Positions 1-9,141 of a stretch of 32,000 nt of DNA are shown piece by piece. The DNA is taken from NCBI RefSeq assembly GCF_002075285.3, contig NZ_CP021983.2, forward strand, positions 3,630,001 through 3,662,000, in the 5' to 3' direction. This DNA is from Halomicronema hongdechloris C2206. GTDB lineage: Bacteria; Cyanobacteriota; Cyanobacteriia; Phormidesmidales; Phormidesmidaceae. Under the pieces are notes generated by a model. It was not told the DNA's origin. It saw only the letters and a list, made by a program, of their open reading frames with translations, and searched no databases. Positions within the stretch are counted from its first letter, which is position 1. Each line of letters begins with the position of its first letter. Position numbers and translations under genes: made by a program.

Positions 1-400
1 TCACATCCCAAATCTGCACCTGAGTCCCCACCCCATAGGCAAGCAGGTGCTCCTGGGGCTGCCAGGCGAGTCGATCAATCCACACCCCCGGATGAGATCG
101 GGTGAAAGCCGCGGCCAGAGGCGATGGCGTTGAGGAGGCAGTGGGTAACGATCGCAACGACCACACCATCACCTGACCCGCCTGGCCACTGGCAGCCAGA
201 AACTGGCCATCCCCAGAGAAAGCCAGGGCGTCCATGGACTGACCCGTAGCTCCTTGTAGCTCGACCCATGACTGCGACCGGTGATATAACCTCACCTCCC
301 CTGCCGCCGACACCACTGCCAGCCAGTCTCCCCGGGAGGACCAGGCTAAGGCCGTGATGTAATCATTCAGAGAACTGTGCCACGATGCCGTGCACCTCAT
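1..400 (-). CDS. WD40-repeat protein, N-terminal part (gene runs off the left edge of the window)
   Basis: My own minus-strand translation; it is absent from the ORF track because there is no stop in the window. ATG at 400..398, then MRCTASWHSSLNDYITALAWSSRGDWLAVVSAAGEVRLY..SMDALAFSGDGQFLAASGQAGQVMVWSL..LLAYGVGTQVQIWDV. This is a repeated WD40 blade pattern (a-x-S-x-DG-x-LA..G-x-V-x-hydrophobic-W/Y). The frame is open to position 1, and the start lies 12 nt after the stop of the COG0523 gene. Confidence 0.6.
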   Translation of the reverse strand, partial: MRCTASWHSSLNDYITALAWSSRGDWLAVVSAAGEVRLYHRSQSWVELQGATGQSMDALAFSGDGQFLAASGQAGQVMVWSLRSLPTASSTPSPLAAAFTRSHPGVWIDRLAWQPQEHLLAYGVGTQVQIWDV

Positions 401-411
401 GCCTGCAGTAA

Positions 412-1374
412 TCACGCCAGACAGGCCCGAAACCCAGTTCGCAGTTCGGTTTCATCCAAGTTACGGCCAATCACCACCAGCTCGCTGCGGCGTTCTTCTG
501 GGGAAGCCCAGAGGCGATCACTGCGCCCGTCAAAAATCATGTGCACCCCTTGAAATACATAACGCTCATCGGCACCAGCCAGATTCAAAATTCCCTTCAT
601 GCGAAAAATGTCTGGCCCTTTGGTTTCCAATAACGTAGACACCCAGCGGCTGAGCTTATCACCATCGAGGGGCCGCGGCTCCACAATGGCCAGCGAATAG
701 ACAGATTGATCATGGTCGTGGGCGATTTCATTCAGAAAGTTCGGATCCAACTCTAAGGCCCGATCTAAATCAAAGGCCCTCACCCCTAAGATGTGCTCCA
801 TCTTGACGTTAGAACTTTGGCTGCGATAGAGCTTCACCATGGCATTCATGGCACGGATGCGTTGCTCTAACTGCTCGAGTTCGGACTCAGAGACTAAATC
901 GGTTTTATTCAGCAAGATGACATCGGCAAAGGCAATTTGTTCCTGGGCTTCGTCACTGTCCCAGTGCTGCCAGATATGTTTGGCATCCACTACGGTCACA
1001 ACCGCATCCAAAACCAGTTGGGCTTTGAGATCTTCATCGACAAAGAAGGTTTGAATCACCGGCGCCGGGTCGGCCAGACCGGTGGTCTCAATCAGCAGGT
1101 GGTCAAAGCGCTCCCGACGTCGCATCAGGTTGCCGATGATGCGGATCAAATCTCCCCGTACGGTGCAGCAAATGCAGCCATTATTCATTTCAAAGATTTC
1201 TTCATCGGCATCAATCACCAGCTGATTGTCGATGCCCACCTCGCCAAATTCATTGACGATTACGGCTAATTTCTGGCCATGTTCATGGGTCAAAATGCGA
1301 TTGAGCAAGGTGGTTTTTCCGGCGCCTAAATAGCCGGTAATCACGGTTACTGGAACTGCTGTTGTGGTGGTCAT
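412..1374 (-). CDS. COG0523/CobW-family G3E GTPase (putative metallochaperone)
   Basis: 320 aa. P-loop GYLGAGKTTLLNRIL, metal-binding CxCC motif (GCICCTVRGDL), ETTGLADP switch and NKTD, plus the CobW C-terminal domain pattern (FRMKGIL..YVFQGVH). Confidence 0.9.
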   Translation of the reverse strand: MTTTTAVPVTVITGYLGAGKTTLLNRILTHEHGQKLAVIVNEFGEVGIDNQLVIDADEEIFEMNNGCICCTVRGDLIRIIGNLMRRRERFDHLLIETTGLADPAPVIQTFFVDEDLKAQLVLDAVVTVVDAKHIWQHWDSDEAQEQIAFADVILLNKTDLVSESELEQLEQRIRAMNAMVKLYRSQSSNVKMEHILGVRAFDLDRALELDPNFLNEIAHDHDQSVYSLAIVEPRPLDGDKLSRWVSTLLETKGPDIFRMKGILNLAGADERYVFQGVHMIFDGRSDRLWASPEERRSELVVIGRNLDETELRTGFRACLA

Positions 1375-1405
1375 AGGTCTGATTTAAGCGGTGGGCAAAT
1401 CGCCT

Positions 1406-1650
1406 TTAATCTACGCTGGCTTGCGGGGCCTGCCGTAGCTGCGCCTCGGTGATGGCAGCGACGGCAGCATGAATTTTGAAGGTCTGCGGCGGCTGGCTCA
1501 TGACGGCGATGACGGTTTCTACCGGCGGGCAACCGGGTTCGGTGCGGAAACCGGCGCCTCGGCCTCGAGGTTGAGGGTGGCATAGACCCAGGCTTTCAAC
1601 TGCTGCCGCTGGGCCACATCGGTTGTCGGGGGGCGATGGAATACATTCAT
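1406..1650 (-). pseudogene. small conserved-looking ORF (about 81 aa) interrupted by an apparent 1-nt frameshift
   Basis: ATG at 1650..1648 gives MNVFHRPPTTDVAQRQQLKAWVYATLNLEAEAPVS, then a premature stop. The +1 frame continues as (F)RTEPGCPPVETVIAVMSQPPQTFKIHAAVAAITEAQLRQAPQASVD to the stop at 1406. The span is 245 nt, which is 246 minus 1. Both halves look protein-like only in their own frames. Confidence 0.35.
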
Positions 1651-1724
1651 GATGGCAAGGGGGCGAAGACTGGAGCGTGCTTATCGTCTTACCCAATTTA
1701 TGGTCCAGATAAAAGTAGCCTCTG

Positions 1725-2948
1725 TTACGCTTTTTCCATCTGTTGCGGCAGCCAAATTTGAAAGCAGGTGCCAACGCCCACCTGGCTGCGCACGGCAATG
1801 TTACCCCGTTGCAACTCGACAAATTGCTTGACGATGTTGAGCCCTAGGCCGGTGCCAGGGATATTGCTGACGTTGCGTCCGCGGTGGAAGGGCTCGAATA
1901 GATAGGGCTGGTCGGCGGCGGGAATGCCGATGCCCTCGTCTTCGATTTCAAACAGAATCTGCGGCGGCTGCGGTGAAATCCGGACCTGAATCGGCTTGTC
2001 GTCTGGGGTGTAGCGGATGGCGTTGAGTAGGATGTTGGTCAGAATCGAGCGCAACAGCCGTTTGTCTAGGACGGCCATCAGATGGGGGGCAGTGCTGGTA
2101 AAGCGGATCGGATTGCAGGCACGCTCGAAGGTGGTTTCTGCCAACAGGCTGCGGCAGAAGTCTACCAGGTCGAGAGGCTGGGGCTGAATCTCCAGGATCT
2201 TGGCTTCGATTTTGCCAATCACCAGAATGTCATCGATCATCTGGGTCATGCGCTCGACGTTGGCGGCGATGGTCTGCAGATAGGTGGCTTTCTGTGGGGG
2301 GCTGAGTTGGGTGTCATAGCGATCTAATGAGGAAACAGAGAGGGCAATGGTGTTGAGGGGGTTGCGAAATTCATGGCAGACCATGGCGATAAAGCGCGAT
2401 CGCAACTGGTTCAGTTCCCGCAGTTGCTGGTTGGCAGCATAGAGTTCTGCGGTGCGCTCCTGCACCTTGTGCTCTAGCTCTTCATTGGCCCGCTGCTGCA
2501 CGGCTTCGGCCCACTTGCGCTGGGTGATATCGCGAAAGGTCACCACGGCCCCGATCAACTGGCCGGCCTCGTCGTGCAGAGGGGTGCTGATATATTCCAC
2601 CGGAAAGGTGGTGCCATCTTTGCGCCAGAACACCTCGTGGGTGACTCGATGCACCGCTCCGTCCTGAAAGGCGGCATAAATCGGGCAGGCTTCCCGAGGA
2701 TAGGGGGTGCCATCGGCATGGGAATGGTGCAGCACCGCATGCATAGACTGGCCGATCAGGTCTTCCATGTCCCAGTCGATCATGGCGGCCGCCGCCGGAT
2801 TCACAAAGGTAACATTGCCGTTTAGATCGAGGCCATAAACCCCTTCTCCGACGGCATTCAGGATCAGTTGATGTTGCCGTCGCAGGGCTTCGAGTTCTTT
2901 TTCAGACTGATTGTTGTCAGGGGCCGGTAACCAGAAATACTGTCGCAT
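1725..2948 (-). CDS. PAS-domain sensor histidine kinase
   Basis: 407 aa. N-terminal PAS (LILNAVGEGVYGLDLNGNVTFVNPAAAAM..FRDITQRK), coiled-coil linker, H-box MVCHEFRNPLN, and N/G boxes (NAIRYTP, DEGIGIP, GTGLGL). Confidence 0.9.
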   Translation of the reverse strand: MRQYFWLPAPDNNQSEKELEALRRQHQLILNAVGEGVYGLDLNGNVTFVNPAAAAMIDWDMEDLIGQSMHAVLHHSHADGTPYPREACPIYAAFQDGAVHRVTHEVFWRKDGTTFPVEYISTPLHDEAGQLIGAVVTFRDITQRKWAEAVQQRANEELEHKVQERTAELYAANQQLRELNQLRSRFIAMVCHEFRNPLNTIALSVSSLDRYDTQLSPPQKATYLQTIAANVERMTQMIDDILVIGKIEAKILEIQPQPLDLVDFCRSLLAETTFERACNPIRFTSTAPHLMAVLDKRLLRSILTNILLNAIRYTPDDKPIQVRISPQPPQILFEIEDEGIGIPAADQPYLFEPFHRGRNVSNIPGTGLGLNIVKQFVELQRGNIAVRSQVGVGTCFQIWLPQQMEKA

Positions 2949-3421
2949 AACCCTATTGGCGGCATAGATACTTTTTCATCGCCCTTGGTCATCTTTTTTG
3001 TCAAGGGTTGCAGCATAAAAACCCGTTAGCCAGACAGTTTGTAGCCCAGTATACTAAGGCCCGACCCTGAAGCGATTAATAGAATTAATAGCACCAGGTT
3101 AGGGGGTAAACGATCGGTTGCCCTGGCCAGGATAGATGTGCCATTCAGGGGTTTCTGGTTCCATTAGCGTACGTTGTTATCGGCCAAGTCGCGCTTAAAT
3201 GTTGTTTCATCCGTCCCAGGTGAGCTGACACGGGCTACTTAACTAGCGTCTACAGCCATGGCCCAACTGGTTATTGGGTGTAGCTCTGTCAGCCTTTTCA
3301 GCATTGGCAATGGCAGGATTTATGCCCGCTTCAGCTAACGGGTGGCCACGCGATTCTCCGGCAGAGAATGCCTGGAGGCACCAACATTTGCTGACACGTG
3401 CTGAGTAAATGCCGAGGGACT

Positions 3422-4207
3422 ATGACCAGAAAAATTCTAGTCATCGAGGACGAAGCCCAAACCCGAGAACTCTTTTTGAATTGCCTTAAGTTTGAAGATT
3501 TTCAGGGGTTTGGGGCCGAAAATGGCTGCCAAGGAATTGATCTGGCCAAAACTGAGCGGCCTGATTTAATTGTCTGCGACATTATGATGCCGGATATGGA
3601 TGGTTATGAGGTGCTCTCAACGCTGCATCAAACCCCTGCCACGGCATCGATTCCGTTTATTTTTTTAACGGCCAAGGTGACCATGGCCGACCTGCGGCGG
3701 GGGATGACCTTGGGGGCTGACGACTATCTGACTAAGCCCTGCACAGTGAATCAGTTTTTAAGTGCGATCGCAACTCGTCTGAAGCGCAAAGAGGCCCTAA
3801 ATCAGGGTTTCTGTCCCGCTGAGGCAACACCGATAGCATCGGATTCCCCAGTGTCAGGCCCAACCCCCGAGCCAATTTTTCCCGACTACCCGAAGCTAAA
3901 TCCCATCTTTCAATTCATCGATGCCCACTATCAAAAATCGCTGAATTTAAGCGATGTCGCCAAAGTCGTGGGCTATTCTCCCGCCTATTTAACTAATTTG
4001 GTTCACACCCAGACGGGACGCACCGTTAAGCAATGGATTATTGAGCGACGCATGGCCCAGGCCCGGGCCCTACTAGCCCATACCAATCAATCCATCCGCC
4101 AGATCGCCGAGGCCGCTGGCTATAGTGATCCGGGTTATTTTGCCCGTCAATTTCGTCAGTGCCATGGCGTATCTCCCCAGGTTTGGCGAGGAGAATCAGT
4201 AACCTAG
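3422..4207 (+). CDS. response regulator with receiver domain and AraC-type HTH output
   Basis: REC domain (KILVIEDE..LIVCDIMMPDMDG..LTAK..DYLTKP). C-terminal AraC/XylS double HTH (LNLSDVAKVVGYSPAYLTNLV..IRQIAEAAGYSDPGYFARQFRQCHGVSP). I prefer the ATG at 3422, preceded by GAGGGA, over the GTG at 3398 in the ORF track. Confidence 0.85.
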   Translation: MTRKILVIEDEAQTRELFLNCLKFEDFQGFGAENGCQGIDLAKTERPDLIVCDIMMPDMDGYEVLSTLHQTPATASIPFIFLTAKVTMADLRRGMTLGADDYLTKPCTVNQFLSAIATRLKRKEALNQGFCPAEATPIASDSPVSGPTPEPIFPDYPKLNPIFQFIDAHYQKSLNLSDVAKVVGYSPAYLTNLVHTQTGRTVKQWIIERRMAQARALLAHTNQSIRQIAEAAGYSDPGYFARQFRQCHGVSPQVWRGESVT

Positions 4208-4377
4208 ATTACCGTTTTGGCATCTTCTTTGTAGGGAAAAATCAAGTCCCAAAGAAAGTCCCAGTCAATTCCTAAAAATGATCCAATGTTATTTCCATAA
4301 GGGTCTGATAGCGTACAAAGCAACGTGCCGATCAGCTCACCGGGACCCATTCATTAGAGTTTAGTTGGACAAGGTTT

Positions 4378-6018
4378 ATGGTTTTTGCATCCGCAACTCA
4401 GACCGCTCAAAAGTGGGGCAATCTTAATTGCGATCGCGCTGAACTCTCTGATTTGGAGTTGAAGTGCATTATCTGCGGCGGGTTCCATCTCACCCGCGAC
4501 CACTACGAGTTCATGCAAACCATGCCTCAGGACCCGGTAGACATGGTGGATGATCTGGTCAAAATGGGCCTCTACAAAGACAATCAGCTGTGGGCCGCCG
4601 ACGGGGTCAACGCCTATGAGCTGCGCAAAGCGCTTTTCCTCAAGACTGTAGGCCGCGGTGATCCACGGCGTGAACAGTTAATTCTGGCCCTGTGTAAGCA
4701 GGCGGGCGGTATCGAGCATGCCTTTGCCGCCGCCTTTGGCCCCAAGGCGGGTCTGTTCTTTGCCGATTCTATTCGCAATAGCCGCTTCACCCGCCGCGAA
4801 TTTTTACGCAATCTGGCTGTCGGGGCCGCCATGGTTACCCTGGCTAACTGTGGGGGCGGCAGTGAGCCGGTGGCTGACGATGCCCCCGTAGACCCGGCGG
4901 CCACCGCAGACTTAGAAAAGACCGACTTGCAAATCGGCTTCATTCCCATCACCTGCGCCACTCCCATCATCATGTCGGAGCCCCTGGGCTTCTATCAGAA
5001 GTACGGCTTTAACGCCAAGGTGGTGAAGATGCCTAGCTGGGGTGCAGTGCGCGACTCTGCCATTGCTGGGGAACTGGATGCCTACCACATGCTGGCTCCC
5101 ATGCCCATTGCCATGACCCTAGGGCTGGGTTCGGCCGCCTTCGGGGTGAAGCTGGCCAGCATCGAGAATATTAATGGTCAGGCCATCACCATCGCCAATC
5201 GTCACCTAGGCAACGTCAACGGTCCCGCCGACTTCAAGGGCTTCGTCATGGGGGTGCCCTTCCCCTATTCCATGCACAACCTGCTGCTGCGCTACTACCT
5301 GGCCACCGGCGGCCTCGACCCCGATGTGGATGTGCAGATTCGTCCGGTGCCGCCTCCAGACAGCATCGCCCAGATGGTGGCCGGCGACATCGATGCCTAC
5401 CTGATGCCCGATCCGTTCAACCAGCGGGCCGTCTTCGAAGGCGTCGGCTTCATCCACATGATTACCAAGGATCTGTGGCCCGGCCATCCCTGCTGTGCCT
5501 TTGCCGCCAGCGACCAGTGGATTAATGACAATCCCAATACTTTCCGGGCGCTGAATAAATCCATCATCGAAGCCGCAGGCTACGCCCAGGATCCGGCCAA
5601 CCGGCCTGAAATTGCCGCCGCCATTTCCGAGCGGGCCTTCTTGAATCAGCCGGTCGAAGTCGTAGAAGCGGTGCTGACCGGCAACTATGAGGACGGTCAA
5701 GGCAACACCATGGAGGTGCCCGATCGCATCGACTTTGACCCCTATCCCTGGCAGAGTTTCGCCAGCTGGATTTCGTCCCAACTGGTGCGCTGGGATCTCC
5801 AGGGCGACGGTGTGGCCGCCAAAGTGATTCCCGAGCAGGGCTATGACACCGTTGGCAAGGACATTTTCTTAACCGATCTGGCCCGGGACCTGGCCCAGGA
5901 AGTGGGACAAACCCCGCCCGATGAGATCTACCGCACCGAAGAACTCATGTTTGACACGTTTGATCCCGCTGATCCAGCCACCTATGTGCAGCAGCAAATC
6001 GATCAGTACGGCGTATAG
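4378..6018 (+). CDS. cynA: NrtA/CmpA/CynA-family ABC substrate-binding lipoprotein, probably cyanate-binding, with a long N-terminal extension
   Basis: 546 aa. Twin-arginine motif SRFTRREFL (aa 135-143) and lipobox LANC (Cys158), followed by an NMT1/SsuA-like binding domain (IGFIPITCATPII, AYHMLAPMPIAMTLG, GHPCCAFA). The substrate is inferred only from the downstream permease, single ATPase and cyanase (cynABDS order). Confidence 0.7.
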   Translation: MVFASATQTAQKWGNLNCDRAELSDLELKCIICGGFHLTRDHYEFMQTMPQDPVDMVDDLVKMGLYKDNQLWAADGVNAYELRKALFLKTVGRGDPRREQLILALCKQAGGIEHAFAAAFGPKAGLFFADSIRNSRFTRREFLRNLAVGAAMVTLANCGGGSEPVADDAPVDPAATADLEKTDLQIGFIPITCATPIIMSEPLGFYQKYGFNAKVVKMPSWGAVRDSAIAGELDAYHMLAPMPIAMTLGLGSAAFGVKLASIENINGQAITIANRHLGNVNGPADFKGFVMGVPFPYSMHNLLLRYYLATGGLDPDVDVQIRPVPPPDSIAQMVAGDIDAYLMPDPFNQRAVFEGVGFIHMITKDLWPGHPCCAFAASDQWINDNPNTFRALNKSIIEAAGYAQDPANRPEIAAAISERAFLNQPVEVVEAVLTGNYEDGQGNTMEVPDRIDFDPYPWQSFASWISSQLVRWDLQGDGVAAKVIPEQGYDTVGKDIFLTDLARDLAQEVGQTPPDEIYRTEELMFDTFDPADPATYVQQQIDQYGV

Positions 6019-6044
6019 AGGCAGTTCGATGGAGGTATGGCCCC

Positions 6045-6887
6045 ATGGCGCTGAGTAAGGCAGCAACGGGCAGATCGATTCACAATGCTACCCCAGAGGC
6101 ATGGTTTAAGAGTCAAGAGGTCAGAGCAGCAGCCCTGTTTCTACTGTCATTAGGAGCCTTTCTCCTGTTCTGGGAGGTGGGTGCGAGCTTAGGCTGGTTT
6201 GCCAAGGGCATGCCCACCGCCTCTACCACCCTGAAAGAGTTTTGGTGGTGGATAACCAACCCCTTTTTCCGCAATGGCCCTAACGATATGGGTATCGGCT
6301 GGAACTTGCTGATTAGCCTGCGACGGGTGGCCATTGGTTATGTCTTGGCCTCAATCTTGGCTGTTCCTTTGGGGATCCTGATTGGTATTTCGCCGGTGGC
6401 TTACAAGGCATTTAACCCCTATGTGCAGTTACTGAAGCCGATTTCACCGCTAGCCTGGTTGCCCTTGGGGCTTTACATCTTTCGCGATTCGGAGCAGACG
6501 GGGGTGTTTATTATTTTTATCTCCAGCATCTGGCCAACGCTGATTAATACGGCTTTCGGAGTTGCCGGCGTCGATAAAGACTATGTCGATGTGGCCAGCA
6601 CCTTGGGTGCCTCGCGGATGCGCACCATTTTTAAGGTGATTATTCCGGCAGCCCTGCCCAACATTGTCTCGGGCTTGCGCATCAGCATGGGCATCGCCTG
6701 GCTAGTGATTGTGGCGGCGGAAATGTTGTTGGGCACGGGGTTGGGTTACTTCATTTGGAATGAGTGGAATAACCTCTATATCCCCAATATTTTGGTGGCC
6801 ATCTTCATTATTGGCCTGGTGGGTCTGGCCCTAGATAGCATCTTTGCCGCTCTGGAAAAATTTGTTGCGTTTGGTCGAAACTCGTGA
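6045..6887 (+). CDS. cynB: NitT/TauT-family ABC transporter permease
   Basis: 280 aa, about 6 TM helices, BPD-transporter EAA-like loop ([22 protein letters not shown]). GGAGG lies upstream, and the stop overlaps the next start (GTGA at 6884-6887). Confidence 0.8.
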   Translation: MALSKAATGRSIHNATPEAWFKSQEVRAAALFLLSLGAFLLFWEVGASLGWFAKGMPTASTTLKEFWWWITNPFFRNGPNDMGIGWNLLISLRRVAIGYVLASILAVPLGILIGISPVAYKAFNPYVQLLKPISPLAWLPLGLYIFRDSEQTGVFIIFISSIWPTLINTAFGVAGVDKDYVDVASTLGASRMRTIFKVIIPAALPNIVSGLRISMGIAWLVIVAAEMLLGTGLGYFIWNEWNNLYIPNILVAIFIIGLVGLALDSIFAALEKFVAFGRNS

Positions 6888-7774
6888 GCTTAGCATCTGT
6901 GAACGGCTTCACTCCTACCGATCAGGCCGATCAGGCTTCGGCGTCAGCCCAGCTATCGATTCGCAATGTCACCAAGGTTTTTCCGGGTAAAACGGGCTTG
7001 GTCAATAAGCTTACTGGCAAAACCAGCCGCGACTTTGTCGCCATCGAAGACATCAGCCTGGAGATTGAGCCCAATACCTTTGTCACCATCATTGGACCGT
7101 CGGGCTGTGGCAAATCAACCCTGCTGGGCATGATTGCCGGTCTGATGCCAGTTACGATGGGGCAAATCTTGCTCAATGGCCAGCCCATTGTTGGCCCTGG
7201 TCCCGACCGCGGCATGGTGTTTCAAAACTATGCCCTGATGCCCTGGATGACCGTCGAAGAAAACATTCGCTTTGCCATCGAAACCGTTACCCCCAAGATG
7301 TCACCGAAACGATGCGATCGCATCATCAAAGAGCACATTCAGCTGGTGGGTCTCAGTGGAGCGGAGAGAAAACATCCCCACGAACTATCGGGGGGCATGC
7401 GCCAGCGCGTCGGCATCGCCCGGGCCCTAGCCATTAACCCGCAGATTCTGCTGATGGACGAACCCTTCGGCGCCCTCGATGCCCTCACCCGCGGCTTTCT
7501 ACAAGACGAAATCGAGCGCATCTGGGAGCAGCAACGCAAAACCGTGATCATGATTACCCACAGCATCGAAGAAGCATTATTGCTCTCCGACCGCATCGTC
7601 ATGATGACCCGGGGCCCCGCTGCCCGAGTCGATGAAATTTTAGAAGTTCCCTTCCCCCGGCCCCGCAACCGCGAAACCATTGACCAACATCCCGCCTACC
7701 ACGATCTCAAAGCCGAGATGGAGAGCCATCTGTTTCGGGAGACGCGGGCTGTTGAGGCCGCCAGAATTGGTTGA
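6884..7774 (+). CDS. cynD: NitT/TauT-family ABC transporter ATP-binding protein
   Basis: Walker [11 protein letters not shown]-loop, signature [15 protein letters not shown], Walker [12 protein letters not shown], and H-loop ITHS. The GTG start is translationally coupled to the permease gene. Confidence 0.85.
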   Translation: MSLASVNGFTPTDQADQASASAQLSIRNVTKVFPGKTGLVNKLTGKTSRDFVAIEDISLEIEPNTFVTIIGPSGCGKSTLLGMIAGLMPVTMGQILLNGQPIVGPGPDRGMVFQNYALMPWMTVEENIRFAIETVTPKMSPKRCDRIIKEHIQLVGLSGAERKHPHELSGGMRQRVGIARALAINPQILLMDEPFGALDALTRGFLQDEIERIWEQQRKTVIMITHSIEEALLLSDRIVMMTRGPAARVDEILEVPFPRPRNRETIDQHPAYHDLKAEMESHLFRETRAVEAARIG

Positions 7775-7780
7775 AAGTAG

Positions 7781-7816
7781 CGTCAGGGCAAATAGTCATC
7801 GGATTTTCCCCTGACG
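7781..7816 (+). terminator. hairpin between cynD and cynS (possible attenuator or terminator)
   Basis: Perfect 8-bp inverted repeat CGTCAGGG (7781-7788) / CCCTGACG (7809-7816) with a 20-nt loop, followed by T-rich ttctttcccaattttt. The loop is long for a canonical intrinsic terminator. Confidence 0.3.
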
Positions 7817-7838
7817 TTCTTTCCCAATTTTTGCCAAC

Positions 7839-7878
7839 TTGACGTAACAACAAACTGACGTAACTAAGACGTAACTAA
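7839..7878 (+). promoter_or_regulatory. three direct copies of GACGTAAC upstream of cynS, including an exact 11-bp tandem duplication
   Basis: GACGTAAC occurs at 7841-7848, 7857-7864 and 7868-7875. GACGTAACTAA|GACGTAACTAA is a perfect tandem (7857-7878) that ends at the SD-like AAGAGGA. TTGACG at 7839-7844 could serve as a -35 element. Confidence 0.4.
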
Positions 7879-7890
7879 GAGGACACAATC

Positions 7891-8334
7891 ATGGCCGTTC
7901 CAGTGATTACTGAAAAACTGCTCGCCGCTAAGAAGTCAAAGGGGCTGTCCTTTGCAGATCTAGAGGCGAAAGTCGGCCGCGATGAGGTCTGGATCGCCTC
8001 GGTGATTTACCGCCAGGCCAGTGCTTCAGAGGAGGAAGCGACCAAGATTGTCGAGGCCATCGGCGCTGATTCCTCCTTCATTGAGCCCCTGACAGAGTGC
8101 CCCGTCAAAGGCGCCCTCGATCCGCTGGTGCCCACCGACCCCCTGCTCTATCGCTTCTATGAGATCATGCAGGTCTACGGCATGCCTGTAAAAGCCGTAG
8201 TCCACGAGCACTTTGGCGACGGCATCATGAGCGCCATCGACTTCACTATCGACGTCGAGCGAGAAGAGGACCCCAAAGGCGACCGGGTCAAGATCATCAT
8301 GTGCGGCAAGTTCTTGCCCTACAAGAAATGGTAA
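7891..8334 (+). CDS. cynS: cyanase (cyanate hydratase)
   Basis: 147 aa, the typical CynS length. N-terminal HTH-like region ([34 protein letters not shown]) and C-terminal catalytic domain ([38 protein letters not shown]). Confidence 0.95.
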   Translation: MAVPVITEKLLAAKKSKGLSFADLEAKVGRDEVWIASVIYRQASASEEEATKIVEAIGADSSFIEPLTECPVKGALDPLVPTDPLLYRFYEIMQVYGMPVKAVVHEHFGDGIMSAIDFTIDVEREEDPKGDRVKIIMCGKFLPYKKW

Positions 8335-8467
8335 TTGGCCTCTCAACAGGTTGGGAGAAGCATCAAAGACCTCCAACCTCCCTTGACAGCATTGACTGAC
8401 GTACATGTCGCCAGACTGTTACCAGTTGGATAGCTACCCCCCGCAAGTATTTGGAGAAAAATAATAG

Positions 8468-9130
8468 ATGTCACGATTGCAGTTAACTCAGAGATTTTGC
8501 CTGTTTCTCAAGCAGGCTCCGGGCTTAGGGCTAGTCACTGCTGCCGGGGTATTCGTCGCTGCGTCCCCTGCCTGGGCTCACCATCCTTTTGGTAGCGAAG
8601 TCCCTACTAATGGGATAGAGGGCTTTTTGTCCGGGGTAGGGCATCCTGTCATCGGCGTCGACCACCTGGCCTTTGTCGTCACTGCTGGGCTCCTGGCCGC
8701 CGTTGTGGGGTGGGGACTGTTGATTCCAGCAGCCTTTGTTTTAGCCTCCTGGGCGGGCACGGGGCTACATCTAGCGGGAGCCAGTCTACCTGCTTCCGAA
8801 CTCTGCATTACTGCCTCGGTAGCGATCTTTGGCAGCCTACTGGCCATGAAGCAGCGGCCCCAAACGATGGTGGTGGTAGCCTTAAGCGCTATTGCCGGTA
8901 TCTTCCACGGTTACGCCTACGGAGAGGCGGTAGTCGGCGCTGAAATGACGCCACTGTTGGCCTATTTGCTAGGATTTGCCACCATTCAGACGGTCATTGC
9001 TGCCGCTGCCTACGGCGCTGCCAAGTGGCTGGGAGCTGCTAAGGAGAATGGGGCTTTGACCCTGCGGTTTGCGGGCTTTACCCTAGCCGGGGTCGGGGCT
9101 GCCTTTTTGTCTAGCGTGGTGTTGGGCTAG
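8468..9130 (+). CDS. hupE: HupE/UreJ-family Ni/Co transporter
   Basis: 220 aa with a signal peptide ending AWAHHPFG, the signature [21 protein letters not shown], and multiple Gly/Ala-rich TM helices. GGAG lies 9 nt upstream of the ATG. Confidence 0.85.
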   Translation: MSRLQLTQRFCLFLKQAPGLGLVTAAGVFVAASPAWAHHPFGSEVPTNGIEGFLSGVGHPVIGVDHLAFVVTAGLLAAVVGWGLLIPAAFVLASWAGTGLHLAGASLPASELCITASVAIFGSLLAMKQRPQTMVVVALSAIAGIFHGYAYGEAVVGAEMTPLLAYLLGFATIQTVIAAAAYGAAKWLGAAKENGALTLRFAGFTLAGVGAAFLSSVVLG

Positions 9131-9141
9131 GTGTGTGGCTA

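Noticed and set aside
1371-1822. Track ORFs 1406..1822(-) (138 aa) and 1371..1583(-) (70 aa).
   Set aside because: The 138-aa ORF overlaps the 3' end of the histidine kinase gene, and its N-terminal two-thirds are non-protein-like. Only its last 47 or so residues look real, and these are better explained as the second half of a frameshifted 81-aa gene (1406..1650). The 70-aa ORF is Arg/Pro-rich noise.
4303-4316. NtcA-type site GTC-N8-TAC, 62 nt upstream of cynA.
   Set aside because: It deviates from the GTA-N8-TAC consensus, and no TAN3T -10 box lies about 22 nt downstream, so I do not count it as a supported feature. It is worth testing only because cyn operons are known NtcA targets.
5206-5781. 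Long antisense ORFs inside high-GC genes. Examples: 5206..5781(-), 4614..4973(-), 7339..7680(-), 9139..9639(-), 10590..10952(-), 25253..25819(+), 23442..24083(+), 29737..30162(+), 31262..31576(+), 22661..23022(+).
   Set aside because: These are shadow ORFs typical of GC-rich coding DNA. Their translations are Arg/Pro/Gly/Ala-rich with no motifs, and each is fully covered by a strongly supported gene on the other strand.
8335-8467. Possible cobalamin riboswitch upstream of hupE. HupE genes in cyanobacteria are often B12-riboswitch controlled.
   Set aside because: The spacer is only 133 nt, and I could not find the B12 box (GCCACTG-type) or the conserved GGTG/AATCC core elements. Only a weak GCCAGACTG is present. 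A covariance-model scan (Rfam RF00174) would settle it.
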